Positions 1-14,352 of a stretch of DNA of 64,000 bases are shown piece after piece. How positions within the stretch are numbered: position 1 is the first letter of the stretch; each line of letters begins with the position of its first letter. The translations under genes and the position numbers were made by a program. Below the pieces are notes generated by a model that was not told the DNA's origin, ran no database searches, and was given only the letters and a program-made list of their open reading frames with translations. Source of the DNA: Fimbriosthenelais zetlandica (taxonomy: Eukaryota); the NCBI GenBank assembly GCA_977030845.1, contig OZ365110.1:23560001-23624000 (forward strand), in the 5' to 3' direction.

Positions 1-2414
1 AATCTATAGGCTAATTTCATCTCTACTCTGAATAATAATATTATATGGTCTTCAGTTATAAGATCTAAACAATTTGTTGGCTGCAGGGGTCATATATTAT
101 GAGTTTTTATCCTATGAGGGAATAACTATCTTGCACATGACTGTATACTTGGGTTATGTCGTAAGAAGTTAACCCAATTCCCAAAGGTCCGATTATTAAT
201 ATTCGTATTATTAGTATTCCCGTAATAATGATCCTGCTCCCTAGATAGGATATGCATGCCCTGATCCCACTTGAGACTGTATGTGAATGTATCCTCTATT
301 TGCTCTTAATCGACCGTTGATCGTCAAATTGTCTTTCACAAGTAATGATTGGAATGCTTTGTAAACCATATATCCATGAAAACACATTAGTGAAAGAAAA
401 ACTATAGTCTAGCATACTGTATTTTATAACATTAGGCTGCATATTAAATCATATTTGTCATTGTTATCGACTAGTACAGTCTGGGATCAATATAGGTAGG
501 AACCAAGAAAAACTGATGATAATGGACCCAGCAGGACTATATCTTATAGAGATGAAGGGAACGACTGTGATGTATGCTTGGATGCCATTTGTTCTCCTCT
601 CTCTACAGAGGAAAGCCTTTCCAAATAGAGCATATTTACCCTGTCCTAATGACACACACTCTTAGTTATTTTTCTTTTTACTTGATCCTTGTTGTTTTTG
701 GTGTTCTATAGATATTAGTTGTTGGAGAATATACATTCGAAGATTCCATTTCTGTTTTATCTGCATTAATTTTGTTTTAAACTAGCGAATATTCCTATTC
801 TAAATTTGTTATAGGAATCATGAAATTATATTTAAGTAACTGAAGAGTCCCTGAAGAATTATCGCATTTCTTGGTCGGGCTCTGTTTCCCGTGAAACAAT
901 TCTCCAGGTTCTTCTTTGTCCAACAAAATTAATGGAAGGGAGAATTACATTAAAAGATAAAGTTTCACAAGTTCTTTTTTACTTCTTATCATACGGGAAA
1001 ATGAGAAAATTCAGCTTTAATTACCCTGAGATGTAGGACACTTGGTGATGGTCCCTCGGATGCTGCCGCGCCTTAATTCTGCAAATAATTTCATTTTTTA
1101 CATTTCATTTTCCAGGTCAGGCTTATAAATTAATTATTAGATACATGTATTGCTAAAGTAAATATCCGTCAATGTACATTAGGTACTGGCTTTTTATTAC
1201 CTATACATGACTGTATTTAAAACGCTGAATCGGAAATTTAACTTATAACTAGCCATGATGTTACCAGTAATCATTAATAATCCCATTTCCCCTGCCAGAC
1301 TAAAGTTTAAAACTCCACTAAGCCATTATAATATCATCATGACATACCCAGGAGTTTTACTAGACATCCTCACACCTCAATGATAAACCTCGTTATAATC
1401 AGGCAGCGTTTATCTTTAGAGATCAAGTATTCAGTTGATGATTCATATAGAATATAATTATAGAATAAATTTATAGGAATAGACTGAAGGCAATTATCTA
1501 CCTCCTGTCAAGGTCGCCAAATACAATCAGCCTAAAACCTGTGTACATAACAAAGACCCTCTGTGAGAGAAAAATGTGTATTGAGAGGTAGACTGAAAAT
1601 CATAGATGAGTACCAAAAAACCTACTTAAAACCTTAAAAACCTAAAAACTTAATAATATATAAATCCATCGCTTCTTAATGCCTGTTACTCTATGTTAAA
1701 ATAAATTTAAATATTTCAAAAATTAACTTTTTGACATAATTCCTCAGGCAAGGACTAAGTGCTTTCCAAACATAGAAAAAGTAAAATCTTTAGTTCTAGG
1801 CCCATAGACACCAACTCCACACCTAAATCCATCTTTTAGTAATTCCTATTCCACTATGTGTAAAGTGAACATTTTCAAACTTCTTTCTACACTCTTGTCT
1901 CTAAGCAAGGAAGCTGTACTAGACCTACTTAATTACTGTCAAAACACGGCCCGACTAATCCTCCAGTCCTGCACCCACACAGCCGACCTGCTACCATGGC
2001 AACAGAGACCTCTAAGCATACACTCACCATTTAGAGTCACCCCCCTAGACTTGACCACAAACCCCTTGGCTATATTTATTCTTTATTCTTTTGGATAATC
2101 ACTTATTGTGTCAAAGTAATCAATTTCAGGCTGATGTTTTTAAATATGAGAGAACACAACTAAACTTTGGATATGTATTATAAATTGTAGATTCAGATAT
2201 TCTCTATTTTATACTTAACTTAATTCTCTCAGTGCCAGGAGAGGCATATAAGTTTCACTGTTACATGTGGACTCAAATGCTTCAATTACCAGAGATGTTT
2301 CATTGCTTTCATTCAAAAGAAGCTGAACATTTCATTTTGCAATCAATCTTCTCATTAAATAGAGGCCATTGTTATGATTGACCAGCAGAGTTATTCACTG
2401 AACAGTTCAATTAA

Positions 2415-3446
2415 AAAATAGGATTAATGAAAGAAAGACTTAGGCAAGTCTCTCTCCAATAATCCTGACCCCCCCCTCCAAGTGGCCAGTGGAGGGCGAG
2501 GGGCTGCTGCAGGTGCTACCTTGATCCCCTAGCTCCAAGTGACCTTGACCTTTGTCTTAAATTTTGTGTATTGAAATGTATATATAGAAAAAATTACTGG
2601 ACTGCATAATGCAATACATGTATGCAAAGGTCTATTTCTGTCTAATACATACTGAGCTCTATCTTTAAAAATAAACTTGCCACAGTGAAAAAAACATGAA
2701 AATATTGACCAAAATGGAAAATATTAAAAAATTCATAACAAATCAACTTATGAGTGGAATACATAATGCAATATAGGTATCAACAGGTCATTTTATGTAC
2801 TTTCATTTATCTAATTCATTCCAAGCTCTATCTTTAAAAAATAAACTTGCTGGATTGAATAAACTGAAAATATTAGGTTAATTACTTTTTACATCATTGT
2901 TACATCATGTTTTGTCATGAAAATAAAAAAAAAAAAATGACCACCTTATAAATAACACCCAAGGGTAACTCATGTACTAAGTGCTTTTTTTCTCACAATA
3001 ACAACCAGGGAGGAGATTGATTTTAAGTGATTTCATCCCCCTGACCTAATTCCAGGTAACTTATTAGGTCAAAGGTCAAATATGTAGGTCAACATATAAT
3101 CCATCATGTATCTATACACTACATACCATTCATCTTATTGTAGGTCCTCATAGGTCCAGAAAAATTACAATCAAATTTCACACATTTGGCTGGTTTTGTG
3201 ACGTCATGTGACGACGTCATTTGATGACGTACGACATCCATTCATCACATGTGGCCATTTCTTACTATGGTCTACAATATGTGTGAAAACCAGATTCCTA
3301 GCTCTAATATAAACCCGTTTTTCACCACTTGTCTAACTACAACAATAATAAAAAAAAAAAAAAAAAATAAATAAATAATAGTGTAGAACAACGAGCACAA
3401 AATCTACAACCCCATTTTCCCCATACAGGGGAAATGGGATTAATAA
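2415..3446 (-). mobile_element. Non-autonomous Helentron/HINE (DINE-1-like) element
   Basis: One end has TTATTAATCC followed by the hairpin CCCATTTTCCCC/GGGGAAATGGG (3411-3438) and an A/AAT-rich microsatellite (3345-3380). The other end has a sub-terminal IR plus stem-loop AGACTT-aggc-AAGTCT (2436-2451) next to a T-run. The interior has TGACCTTTGACC-type and GACGTCA repeats. A 16-bp inverted copy of the end lies at 1279-1294. Confidence 0.55.
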
Positions 3447-6400
3447 CTTATAAGTCCAGTGTAACTACATAAACACATTATGGTCAGTGCATCCTGCTGA
3501 AATCCATGGTTATTTCCATATTTCCTTTACTGTAAACTAGGCAAAAATTCCTGCTGTAAACTATTTCTACCCCTTAAATTTGCCACGCAATCAGCACCAA
3601 TGAAGTTACAATTTGATTCTATCCACATTAAATTTTAAGCCACAAAAGAAACAGAACCGACAACATTTGAGACAAAGACCAAATATAAGATTTTTCTTTC
3701 AACTTCATCGTCTTCCATTTCCTTATTCAATGCAACAGCAGAAGCAATCAAAGACAATTGAATAAATGTCGGAAGTGGAAATGTTTCATATTGACAGTCT
3801 GTGCATGTATGGCATAGATAGGTATGGTGGCCCAAAAGAGGCAATATTTCAGAGAACGATATAGAGAAGATAGATAGTTACACTGCCATATGAGAATAGA
3901 ACAACCACTATAAATGTCATGCCTGTCTCCAAGCAAGTCACTCGGGATTCCCTGAAAAAAGAGCTCGATTTTCTTGCTCTGTCTTCTTTGCAGTGCCATG
4001 CTTTCTGGAACTAAAAATGCATAGAAAGGAATTCTAACTACGGAATTTGAAATTCAATACTGATATACAATATTGAATATTGACCATTAAAATAACATTA
4101 TTCGGGATATAAAATAGGTTATCCAATTAATCAATTGCCACACAAGATTTATAATGACTTTCATGTCATAATTTTAATAGCTGGGTTCCAAATAAGAGAG
4201 AAGATATTATAGATAGGCATATATATGCCTCATGCCCAAAGTAAATGCACAGTCAACCGCTCAAAGAGAGTTCTTCCCCAGTCTCTGTCTAGACTCGTTA
4301 TTAAGAAGTAGGAAATATACCCTCAGAGACACTGGGATGCAGGACTCTCAGTGCCCCGACTCGGGATTAATTTACTTGATTCCAAATCATTTACATTAGA
4401 ACAGTCCCTGTCTTATCATGGTGTGCCACTCACGGTCTAATTTCCCTCCCTGAGCGGACTCTCCTTGTACTATGATAGAGCAAATGAATACAAAACGATC
4501 TTGACCAAAAATCTGTTGTTGGTTCTCTCTAGGAATCATTCTGCAGGAAACACTGCATTAAAATTCCGAAACAATATTGATTTTAGTTTCTTTATCAGAT
4601 GTTTTATTAAAGAAAATTATACTTTAAATATCACAACGGATATCCAATCATATCCAACTTCGGGGTATACGACTTTACAATTTGTTTTCATAACCACTTC
4701 CCACCTTTGGAAAAAAATACTAAAACTTTATCTTAGAAATAATTATAGGAATCCTTACCCCCTCCCTGAAATTTCTTCCTAATTCTCTCTTATGGTATAC
4801 GCTTTCATTCCTTTACTACCAGGACCAGGACTTTAATGTCAGAGAGACATCTAAGCTTAGTGACAGCTATAGGATCCAATAGCCTGGCAGATAATGCAGT
4901 CTCTATGAGACAGTGATGATAGGGTCACATTGCTGGATGTGACTTTGATTCATACCCTGTCATATCTATGTGGATCACCCACGGTAGATCTACCCTTCTA
5001 TAGGTTGCCCTGGATCCTATTATAAAGGTGTACTGACAGTAAGCTCTGATCATACATCTCCATTGACAGCTGATGACACATAAAGGTCGCTATTGACAGC
5101 CAAGGTGACAGCCCATAGAGAGGGCTATAAAAGAAATGGCCAGACTGAATCAATGCTGAATAGGCCTGGAGTCTGTAAATGTTGAATCAGGGTGAATAGG
5201 AGTATGAAAAAACTTAGTAGAACTTTATGATTTTTGCTTGTTGGCAGAATATCTCACAGCTTCTGCGAGTGTAAAACAGAGGTAATGGCTCAAATATTAT
5301 ATCAAATTCAGTTGTTTCTGAAATTAGCCTTACTCTTATACTCTTATATTATGGGTTCTGCGAATGGCTGCGACTGTGCCAAAACGTATCTTGGGAGGGA
5401 AGGAGGGCAGAACGAGCCAAAAGTTCTCATTAACATATATATTTTACCAGGGACTGCAGCTATAGGATGTACCATTCACATGTCAAGTTCTTGATGTACT
5501 TCCAAAATGCTGTCAGTAAGACAGTCAGTAGTGTTAACCATGTCCTCCCGTTGTACTGGGCCTCTTCGATTTCTCTTTAATGACCTATTTATACCATAGG
5601 CCTACCGCATTGAGCTAAATCGAGTGTCTTGGTCACACTTCTAAAATAACCATTCTTGCCTTTTCCAGTAGTAAGATAGGATTTTGTAAATACAAAGTAA
5701 GGTTTAATATAATGATATAGAGGTACCATAAAATTTACCATGGTAAAGGGAGAATAGACCAGGAACGTGTCACGTGAGTGCAAGTCCTGAAGCCCACAAC
5801 ACGCATGCGCAGTTGCCCTAAAACATGCATCTTCCCAGGGATCCAGATACGGTATAGATAGACGGCTTTCTTTTTATAGATTTTATGTCTTTTCATACGT
5901 TGACCTCCCCCTGGGCAATTGCTTGTCAACAGATGGGATCAAACACCATTTTGCTGATGGGAGAGTGGCATTGGCAATATACAAATGGCATGAAAAACAC
6001 ATTGACACACATACCTCCGTCCTCTCATTCTAATCGATGGGCAAAAGCGCTTACCTATACGTACTTGTAGTTCACTTCTAATCTGAGCCCGTTCTAGGCA
6101 TGATTGTGCACTTTCCGTTGCATATTGTGGGGGTTAGGGCTCGTACAAGCACATTATAAATTTACTCTAAAAAAATTCCAGTTGGTTACATGTCAGCTTT
6201 CGAAAGCAATCTCTCCCCAAAACCCCATGCGTCAAACATAAACATACATCCAATCCCCTCAGTCAAATCCATCTCGATAAAATATGACTTTATGTTTTGA
6301 AATCAGTTTTATTTATTAAATTTTGTAAGCAATTTTTAAGCAAAGATTTTCCACGAAGGATGAATTAGAATTCCCAGGGGACAAGGGCACTTCAAGGCCT

Positions 6401-7765
6401 GTGTGCGTGTCCATTTTATCTGCCAAATTCCATCAGAGAACCTTTGGTTAAACTCGTGTTCCCCTCCGGATTTTCACTCAAACAAATGTTTAACCCGATA
6501 CATTTAAAAAAATAAATATTAAAAGAAAAAGGATATTACTCTGCCAAGGTATTCGTATAAAACACTTCCAATACATTACATCAAGGGGCTATAAGTTATG
6601 TAGCAATCCCACCCCCTCTCCCAGTGGCCTGGCACCCCTGTAATTAAAAAGTCGGGATCGCTTTCCCTGAGGGTAACTAAAAGCCCAATATGGGAAAGGA
6701 GACTTATTAAACGTGGAAACATCCTACAGATAATAGTCTGTGCCACCCTCTGTTCATCGGATTCCTCGCACCTGTTCCATATACCTGTACATAGTGCCTC
6801 AAAGATCTTACAACGATATCATGCACCCTGTTCACACATGCATACAAGATCCTGCATCTACTTACCTCAAATATATCAAAGACTCGATTTCCATGCAACT
6901 AGTACCTCAAAAATATCATTCCCCCATTTGTAAAACTGTATGTCACAGAACAAGAACTTTCACTCGCAAAAATCATGCGCAAGTTGCAGCGAGTCCTCAC
7001 TGGGTTTGCAGTGAAAAAACACTGTGACAGACAACTCCAGCGTGTACACCTGGTTGGCTCCAGCGCTGAGACAGATCTTTTGCAAGCAGGAGCCAGCTAT
7101 CAGTCATACAACAAGGGGTGTGGGTGTTTAATTTGTTTCTGATATTAAGCGATTCGAAGATTGAAAATAACACACTTTATGTAGGAGTTGTCACAGACTA
7201 TAGCTCCTATAGCCTCCCTCTCATGGACCTATCTCAAATAAGGAAGGCGTGATGAATTAACGGTGGGAGAGCAATTAATCAACACATATTATGAAGTCTT
7301 GCCGCTTGGAGATCAGTCCCAACTTAATTGCTTGTTCATCATGCCGTTTCTCATTATTAAACTGACCGATTTTGCCAGCTTTATCACTGGGGACCAAAGT
7401 GACATCTTTTCACAAAGAAAATCCCCAGTACTTAGTACCGTTAAAGCCATCCCAATCTTCTAAGATTAAGATTGGTTCATTTGTGCAGAATGACTTATAA
7501 GTTATTGCTATTGAACTTTTCCACCACGCCCTATACACTGGAATCCCCATAGCCGTAATATTAAACACGCACTTCAGGAATTTGTGGATGAAGATATTTG
7601 AATGGACCCTATTCATCCAACATTCTCTAATGCACCCACTTCCGTTTCCTGTGTGCATGCTCACTCTACTATTTCCTCTTCCCTTTATATTTCCATTCTC
7701 TTACTAATAACATAATAATAACATTTTAATATAAGAAAGATCTATCTATCAAAATAGGTGATTTT

Positions 7766-7797
7766 CCCAAGCGATGCAGCGCGATAGTGTATTTCTA
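7766..7797. mobile_element. Fragment of the same MITE family as 23938-24040
   Basis: The reverse complement TAGAAATACACTATCGCGCTGCATCGCTTGGG matches the MITE interior TAGAAATATACTATCGCTCTGCATCGGTTGGG at 29 of 32 positions. Confidence 0.65.
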
Positions 7798-8263
7798 GTC
7801 ACACACAATGCTTGTTATTTTGTCTGTGGTTAGCTAGGTATAAAGGATGTTATAATTAGAATTAGAACTTTTCAGGATAAATCGTAGTCTCTGAACTTTC
7901 CAACAATTATGTGGTACTAATATGCCTCAGTACATCTAAACACCACAACAATAAATTACTTCCATAAGGAGTGCAGCCTTCCAACGTGTAATGAAGAATT
8001 TGCTGTATCAAAGACCATCTAAGCAATGCCATCCAGATGATTGCTAGCTCTCCCATTCCCCTGGGCACCTGCATCGCCCACTATGGGAGATAGAAAAAGC
8101 AAATGAAAAGAAAGAATCCTCCACCCCCATAATCACATATATACATTGTGGAAGATATAGTCTTATCTACATTTTACTGATGATGCCTTACCACTGGCCA
8201 AACCCCCAAGTCTCTTTCATGAAAACAGATACTAGGGGCACCTTATTGTGACGGTTCTCTTTT

Positions 8264-8319
8264 TGTGATTGATGCAACCTAATTATAAATGTGATTGATG
8301 CAACCTAATTATAAATGTA
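8264..8319. repeat. Exact 26-bp tandem duplication
   Basis: GTGATTGATGCAACCTAATTATAAAT twice (8265 and 8291). Confidence 0.95.
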
Positions 8320-8502
8320 TTGTATACATGTAAGTATACATGTTGGGGATTGTTCTGTAAGAAAATGACTTGAAAGATTCAGAGATAAAGTAAATAGACT
8401 CTCAACTCCCTGAAATTATGTTTTCCTTAATTTGGCCCATTGAGTTAAGCCAATGGGTTAGAAAACAAGAACTCTTGCCGGTTGAGATTGCCATGCATTC
8501 AG

Positions 8503-8585
8503 AAACGAACTAACCCAAAAAATAAAGCCACATAGGGATTTCTAAACGAACTAGCCCAAAAATAAGGCCACATAGGAATTTCTAA
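8503..8585. repeat. 41-bp tandem duplication
   Basis: AAACGAACTA(A/G)CCCAAAAA(A)TAA(A/G)GCCACATAGG(G/A)ATTTCT twice (8503 and 8544). Confidence 0.9.
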
Positions 8586-11357
8586 AACGGTTCCGGCAAA
8601 AATCACTCAATCCTGCAAGGTTTTAAGGGAATAACTTCCCAGTGTCAGAAATACTGTTTTGGGCCGACAAGAGGAGTAGAGATTGGGCTGGGATTAATTC
8701 GCCCCGAATCTGGAGTTATCTTAAGCTGCATTGGATGTTCAGAAACCTCAATAGGGCCCGTGTCACAAAATGAACTTTGCTGACCACTGTTATATCGGCC
8801 CTTGGGATGAGGGTGACATTGACTCTTGATTTGTATACTGAAAACAAGACCTCAACTTCTAGTGCCAAATGTACAAATATTTCCAAAGAAAATTTACGAA
8901 TATTTCCGAGAAATTTATTGCATTTAAAAATGTAGAAATGGGATATTTAGCTGTGTATAAGACAGTACATGGCTGAAATTGTCCTTTGTAGATTGAGATA
9001 CACTGCTTAATTATTATATTTTATTTACAATATATTTTCCTAAACATTCCCCTCCTGCACTTGCCTCATAGAAAGCTTCATTAAGGCAAACAGATAATTG
9101 TGGACATGTCAAAATGGCGTGAAACCGATAGGAAGAGACGAACAATGGGGCTAAATGAGGTAAACTATTGGGGAGGAACGGGACCCTTCTTATTAGTGAC
9201 TTCCTCTTGACCTGTATTTGTATTCCAACAATCATTACCGGCTCAAAAGTAAGTACATTTCCATCCTCTTCTGGTTAATGGTGCATAAGTTGTTCTTCGT
9301 TGTCTAAAGAGCCTTATGGTTACTATGATATGGATCAATTTTGGTCGTGGACTACAGATTCTTATAGATCTATGGGCCTACAGGATTTTCTCCTGACCAT
9401 CATGAAGGGCAACTCAAAGTAGATGCGTAATTATAGGCAATTCTATTCGGGGGATGCATAGAGATGAAATACAATTCACTTAAAATCACTGCATAGCATC
9501 TCAAGAGAGCAAATAGAATATGGAACTGGAGTTGATGTATGTTTGCAATAAGGTATATATTAAATTGCCTATTTGAAACTAGAAATACAACTTTAATGTT
9601 AACAGAGTGGACCACCTAACTTTGGAGGTATGCAAAAACTGCTGACTGTCAAATGACAATATGAGCAACCTCCTCAATTATCGCCCACTTACAGCACCCA
9701 TCCATCAAACATTCTTGTCAGAACCACTTTTTGACAATCATGTTTTATTTCCTTTACACTGCATGACTTTTCACCATCTGGGTATCAACATTTCCCTTGG
9801 GCAATAAAAACTGATTAGACTATTGAATGTATTATCACCTAGCCCTATTCATCAGGCGAATTCCATGATTAAATGAACTTTACAAACCTCCCTCACAAAA
9901 CTTACATTACCACTCGTATTCAAAACACACACTGTCAGTTTATTTATTACAATGTCCCAAAATTCACCAACTTTGCTTGATGAAGTATTTTCTTCTGCCT
10001 TTCTCAGTCAGTTACAAATGACTGCTTTTAAACAAGAGATTTTAAGTGCATTTCAAACCCATATTTAAATGAATCATCTGGATGATTCCTCATAGGCCCT
10101 AATTGCACAGGATTTAAGTTGGCATTGATTAGGGTTTCTTCATTATCCCTCGAGATTATAATTACTTAATTAGTTCTGTTTGTCGGTGGTTAAAAGGTTA
10201 AACATTTTGTTATTCGTGAGATAAACGGATTCTTAGAACGGGGAAAAATATAGACAGGCTAGAGATTCATGGGCGCTCTGCAGACCATCTATGATTCAAA
10301 TCAGAAAAATCCTTGGAGACATGCCTACATATATATCAGCTTTCAATATGCAAACCCAATCACCAAAAGCAAACGAGTCGTGGGAATTTGAAACACAATC
10401 TGAGACCAAGATCTCATGAGTAATATGACCTATGTATCGTTGTGTCCTGAAAGGATTACATCAATACAAAAAGGTGATGGTCCAATTGTTATATTGCCCT
10501 ACACCGACGTCACCTTTTGCCAGCCATTTCTTCCCTACCTGAAAGTCTCATTCAAGATTCATATTTCTCTAACAACATGTGAATTATACAACCTCGCAGC
10601 AACAAAGCCAATTGAATGACCGATTTGCAGCCATCTGGATGTTCAATGAACATTATGGCTTAATATCGCTCGGTTCGAAAGAGCCCAAGAGACTCGGTTG
10701 ACCATTAATCAACCTCAGATAGGATATGTAGTAATAATTTTGGAGGATTATAACATACATTCCTCACTGAGTTAAAATTGTCTCTAAAATGAGATTGTTG
10801 CACAATTATGTCTTAATTTAGATTGGCAAGGACTACAGACACCTGTAGTCCCGCAAGTGATTCGATTGCTGCCTGAAAAATAATGTGTTGTGAGAATCAG
10901 AAGGCAAGTAACAGTAATTGAGCTATCCTTTGACGGAATGTGGCTCCCAACACCGACCCCGAGTACTGGGGTGACTGGGTATCTGATGGTACATAGATTT
11001 TGGTACATATATATTGGTACATATATTGGGATGATATCTCCCTCAACAGTATATGGACCCCCATGGCATGCGCCCCAGTCCATGACCATGTCGGAGACTG
11101 GGCATCTGTAACCCAAGCCCTTGGAGGATTGGAGGATATATAGGTAGGTAACTTTGCAAGAATTGCAAGTCGTGTATATCTAATTGATATCTCTAACGAA
11201 TTTCTACATTATCAATGTACCTACCGGGGATCATTGCCTTGCAATTCTTGCAGCGATTGCTGCATGTGGGACTTATCTACGAGACCATTAACTGCAAGTG
11301 CATCAATTGCTGCTACAAAATGGTATGTTGCCAGAATTGGGAGGCAAATTTTGAACT

Positions 11358-11455
11358 GGCCCAATTCAAAAACGGTCCAGCCCAGATCCAAATGTCGATC
11401 CAGTCCGGCCTGGATCACAATTTTTTTCTGTGGTGGACTAATTTTGAATTGGGCC
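11358..11455. repeat. Inverted repeat, probable MITE remnant
   Basis: Perfect 14-bp IR GGCCCAATTCAAAA (11358-11371) / TTTTGAATTGGGCC (11442-11455). Confidence 0.55.
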
Positions 11456-13990
11456 GGATTTGGATTGGGGCCGTGACACATGCATTGCCACAATACTTTC
11501 TTTATGAGACTTGGGTGAGACTTTCCCCATCCACCCTATATAGATCTACTACCCCTATTATTCCATGCATGCATGGTTGTGACGGACACACCCATACCAT
11601 AATTTCAACCAGATAGCAAATTGCCATAGAATTCAGACCTCAATCCCTTATTAGGTATTAAACATTATGCGATTATTAGCATGTACCCTGGCGGACGCAG
11701 CTGGTTGAGTCTAGCACCTTATCATCTATTCAAATCAGCCAGGTACAATTAGGAGCTATATAGGATGAATGTAGGCCTGTAAGATAACATGTCGGGGATG
11801 TCCTTGGAAATCCTGTTAACATTCTGTCTTTAATTGAGTGCAGTATAGGTAGATTTTGTCCTGGGATACATCGGTCCTACTGATAAAATCAGAATTGGAT
11901 TGATGCACATAACCCGGCCAATAATTATATTCTCTAACTGCACTGAATTACAAAATAGGTTCTCCCAAAGGAGTACAGACACTGAGAAAATCCGGGACTG
12001 GGCGCTATATAAAATTGTGCCGCTGGACCTTAGATCAACACCTTGTGCCCCCAAAAGGTAGAGGAAGTTAACCTATACATCAATGTTTACAGGCACACAC
12101 TGGTTACTTATTCAAGAGTAGGAGAGACTTGATGAAGGTCAAAGGCCGCAGCTCAGGTGCGGAGGGCCCTGAATAAGGTGTTGTAACGTCCTTAGAGCTG
12201 GCCCCTCCATGCCTTGATGTTATCATCACAGGGATGGATGGTGACTAAAGAAAGGCTTACACTTGACATATGACTGCGTCTTAGCATGGAAGTCAAAAGG
12301 TTCTCCCGAGGCATGACATAGCCAAATGTTGATTACTACTGCGGTGATTGATTAGCAAATACAGTATGGTGCTATATCCAATGTAGTTATTAATCAAAAT
12401 GATATGACACATAACCACCTCATTTCCAAAATGCCACATTAAAATAATTATTATGTATAATATGTAGCCAGGAAATGTAATTTAATAACACTATAGATGG
12501 CTGCACATTTCACATAATCGTCATAACATTTTGCTTGATGATTATTTTATATGTATTCTAAATAGTCGTTGTACCATGGACGACGATTCCTTGATGCAAA
12601 TTCATAATATACTATGATCTATACATGACATCCTGTTAGTTGTCCAATGATGAATATGGCTGGCCAACTTGTCTGTATTCCCAGCTAGCGCTTTGTCCAA
12701 TACAAATTCCTCCCGGATCCTGGTCCTAGAATGAAGCATCTCTGTGTGAAAGGTCATTAAACATTGGGACTATAAAGTGGCATGTAACACTCATTTATGC
12801 TCTTCCCCTTAGTTCAAACGACTACCTCCAAATACCTACTCGTATGAAACCCATTCATACAATAAAACATGCATTATCTAATAATAAGGATATTTGTGTA
12901 TTCGTTGGTGAAATTATTTCAGACGTTTGCATGCCAAATTACTACATTAGAGACTGGATCCCCACCTGAACTACATGGTATCATATTAAGATATCCCCAT
13001 TTCCATACCAATATGGCTGTTAGGGCAAAGTTTTACTCGTATATAACCATATATATGACGTGTAGGCCTACACAGCCAAACTTATCTCATTATCTTATCT
13101 ATTGGCTCCATCTAATGTGATTAAATATCTAATTAGAAGTTCCTGTTTGTAATAGGCATCTGGAGATTCTATGGGGTCAATATTATATTTATCATCGGCT
13201 CTCCATATCAAGCAGATGGACCACCGAAGAGGTCAGTTATTGAGCTGGGTCCGTTTAAAATGAACTGTATTAAGGGTCATTTCCACATTTACCAGTCGGT
13301 TTGTTGGGGACAGACACCCTGTTAGTAATTGCCGTCTAGGCCAAAAGGACTAATCCAGTGGACAGAACATATTGCTTCCAGACTGAGCATTGCTGGTCGC
13401 TGACAACTCATTTGAACTCAACCGTCGGTGGGCTGAATCCCATACCAGACAAAGCTAGTTCTCATTCTAAACGCGCCCTTACTTTACTTAAATGGTGTCT
13501 CCACACTAAATGGTATGGCTTAGTCAAGCACCATTCCAACACCCCTGAATTACTGTTACTCCAATGCGTTAGCCCATTTCGGGCAAAGTGACCAAACCTG
13601 CCGGACCCTTTCCATCCATTTTGTGTGATCGACTGTAGGTGGCAGAACACTCAATACTATACTCACTGAGGACCACCAATATAATGTTATAGGTCAGCAG
13701 TACAATTGGTACAGTTGATCTTCAGATTGCTGTTTAAGTGCTTCGAACGTTTTTGGTTAACCTTCAAGCACTACATCTTTGCTAGTCAAAATCAGTTTCC
13801 CCGATGGCTACCCAGAGGCTTTAGCCTATGGTTATGAAACAGGGCCCCAGGTGTCATTGAAGTGTACCATGATCATGCAATAGATATGTTGAACCCATTA
13901 TATTTTATTTGCCTATATTTCTCTTACAGGATCAAATACAGGTTACATTGAAAAATGCGCGGACATTTATTGGTATTGTACTTCAGTACT

Positions 13991-14352
13991 TAAGTAGAAA
14001 TAAGACAGAATGTTCCAAGGGGGATGTAGCTCGAGAATATAGCTCGAGAGCTACATCACCCGAGGGATATTCTGTCTTTATATCATGTTGTCATATTTTA
14101 AATTAATCAGTGAAAACAAACCTTTTTGAGCGATAAAGCAGGCCGCAATCGTGTAAACAAGCGAGCAGCTGTGATGACGTCATAACGTCGCCAACAAAAA
14201 TGACGTCAGCAACGTGACGTTAACAACGCTACATTTTGCTTGGTTACGTCTGTACACCCCGCGTGGTCTGGAGATGACACTATTCCCGCTATGTACATCC
14301 CCCATTTTCAGTATATACAAGCTAATAACATGATATAATAGTTTTTACTTAG
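13991..14352. mobile_element. Palindrome-rich non-autonomous repeat
   Basis: Nested IRs AAGACAGAAT (14002) / ATTCTGTCTT (14069) and GATGTAGCTC (14023) / GAGCTACATC (14048). A central GACGT cluster is present, and the right end (about 14290-14352) contains inverted copies of left-end blocks. Confidence 0.5.

Noticed and set aside
6055-6166. Isolated minus-strand exon candidate (ttttttAG ... TAG|GTAAGC)
   Set aside because: No partner exons, and single matches of this quality are expected by chance in 64 kb.
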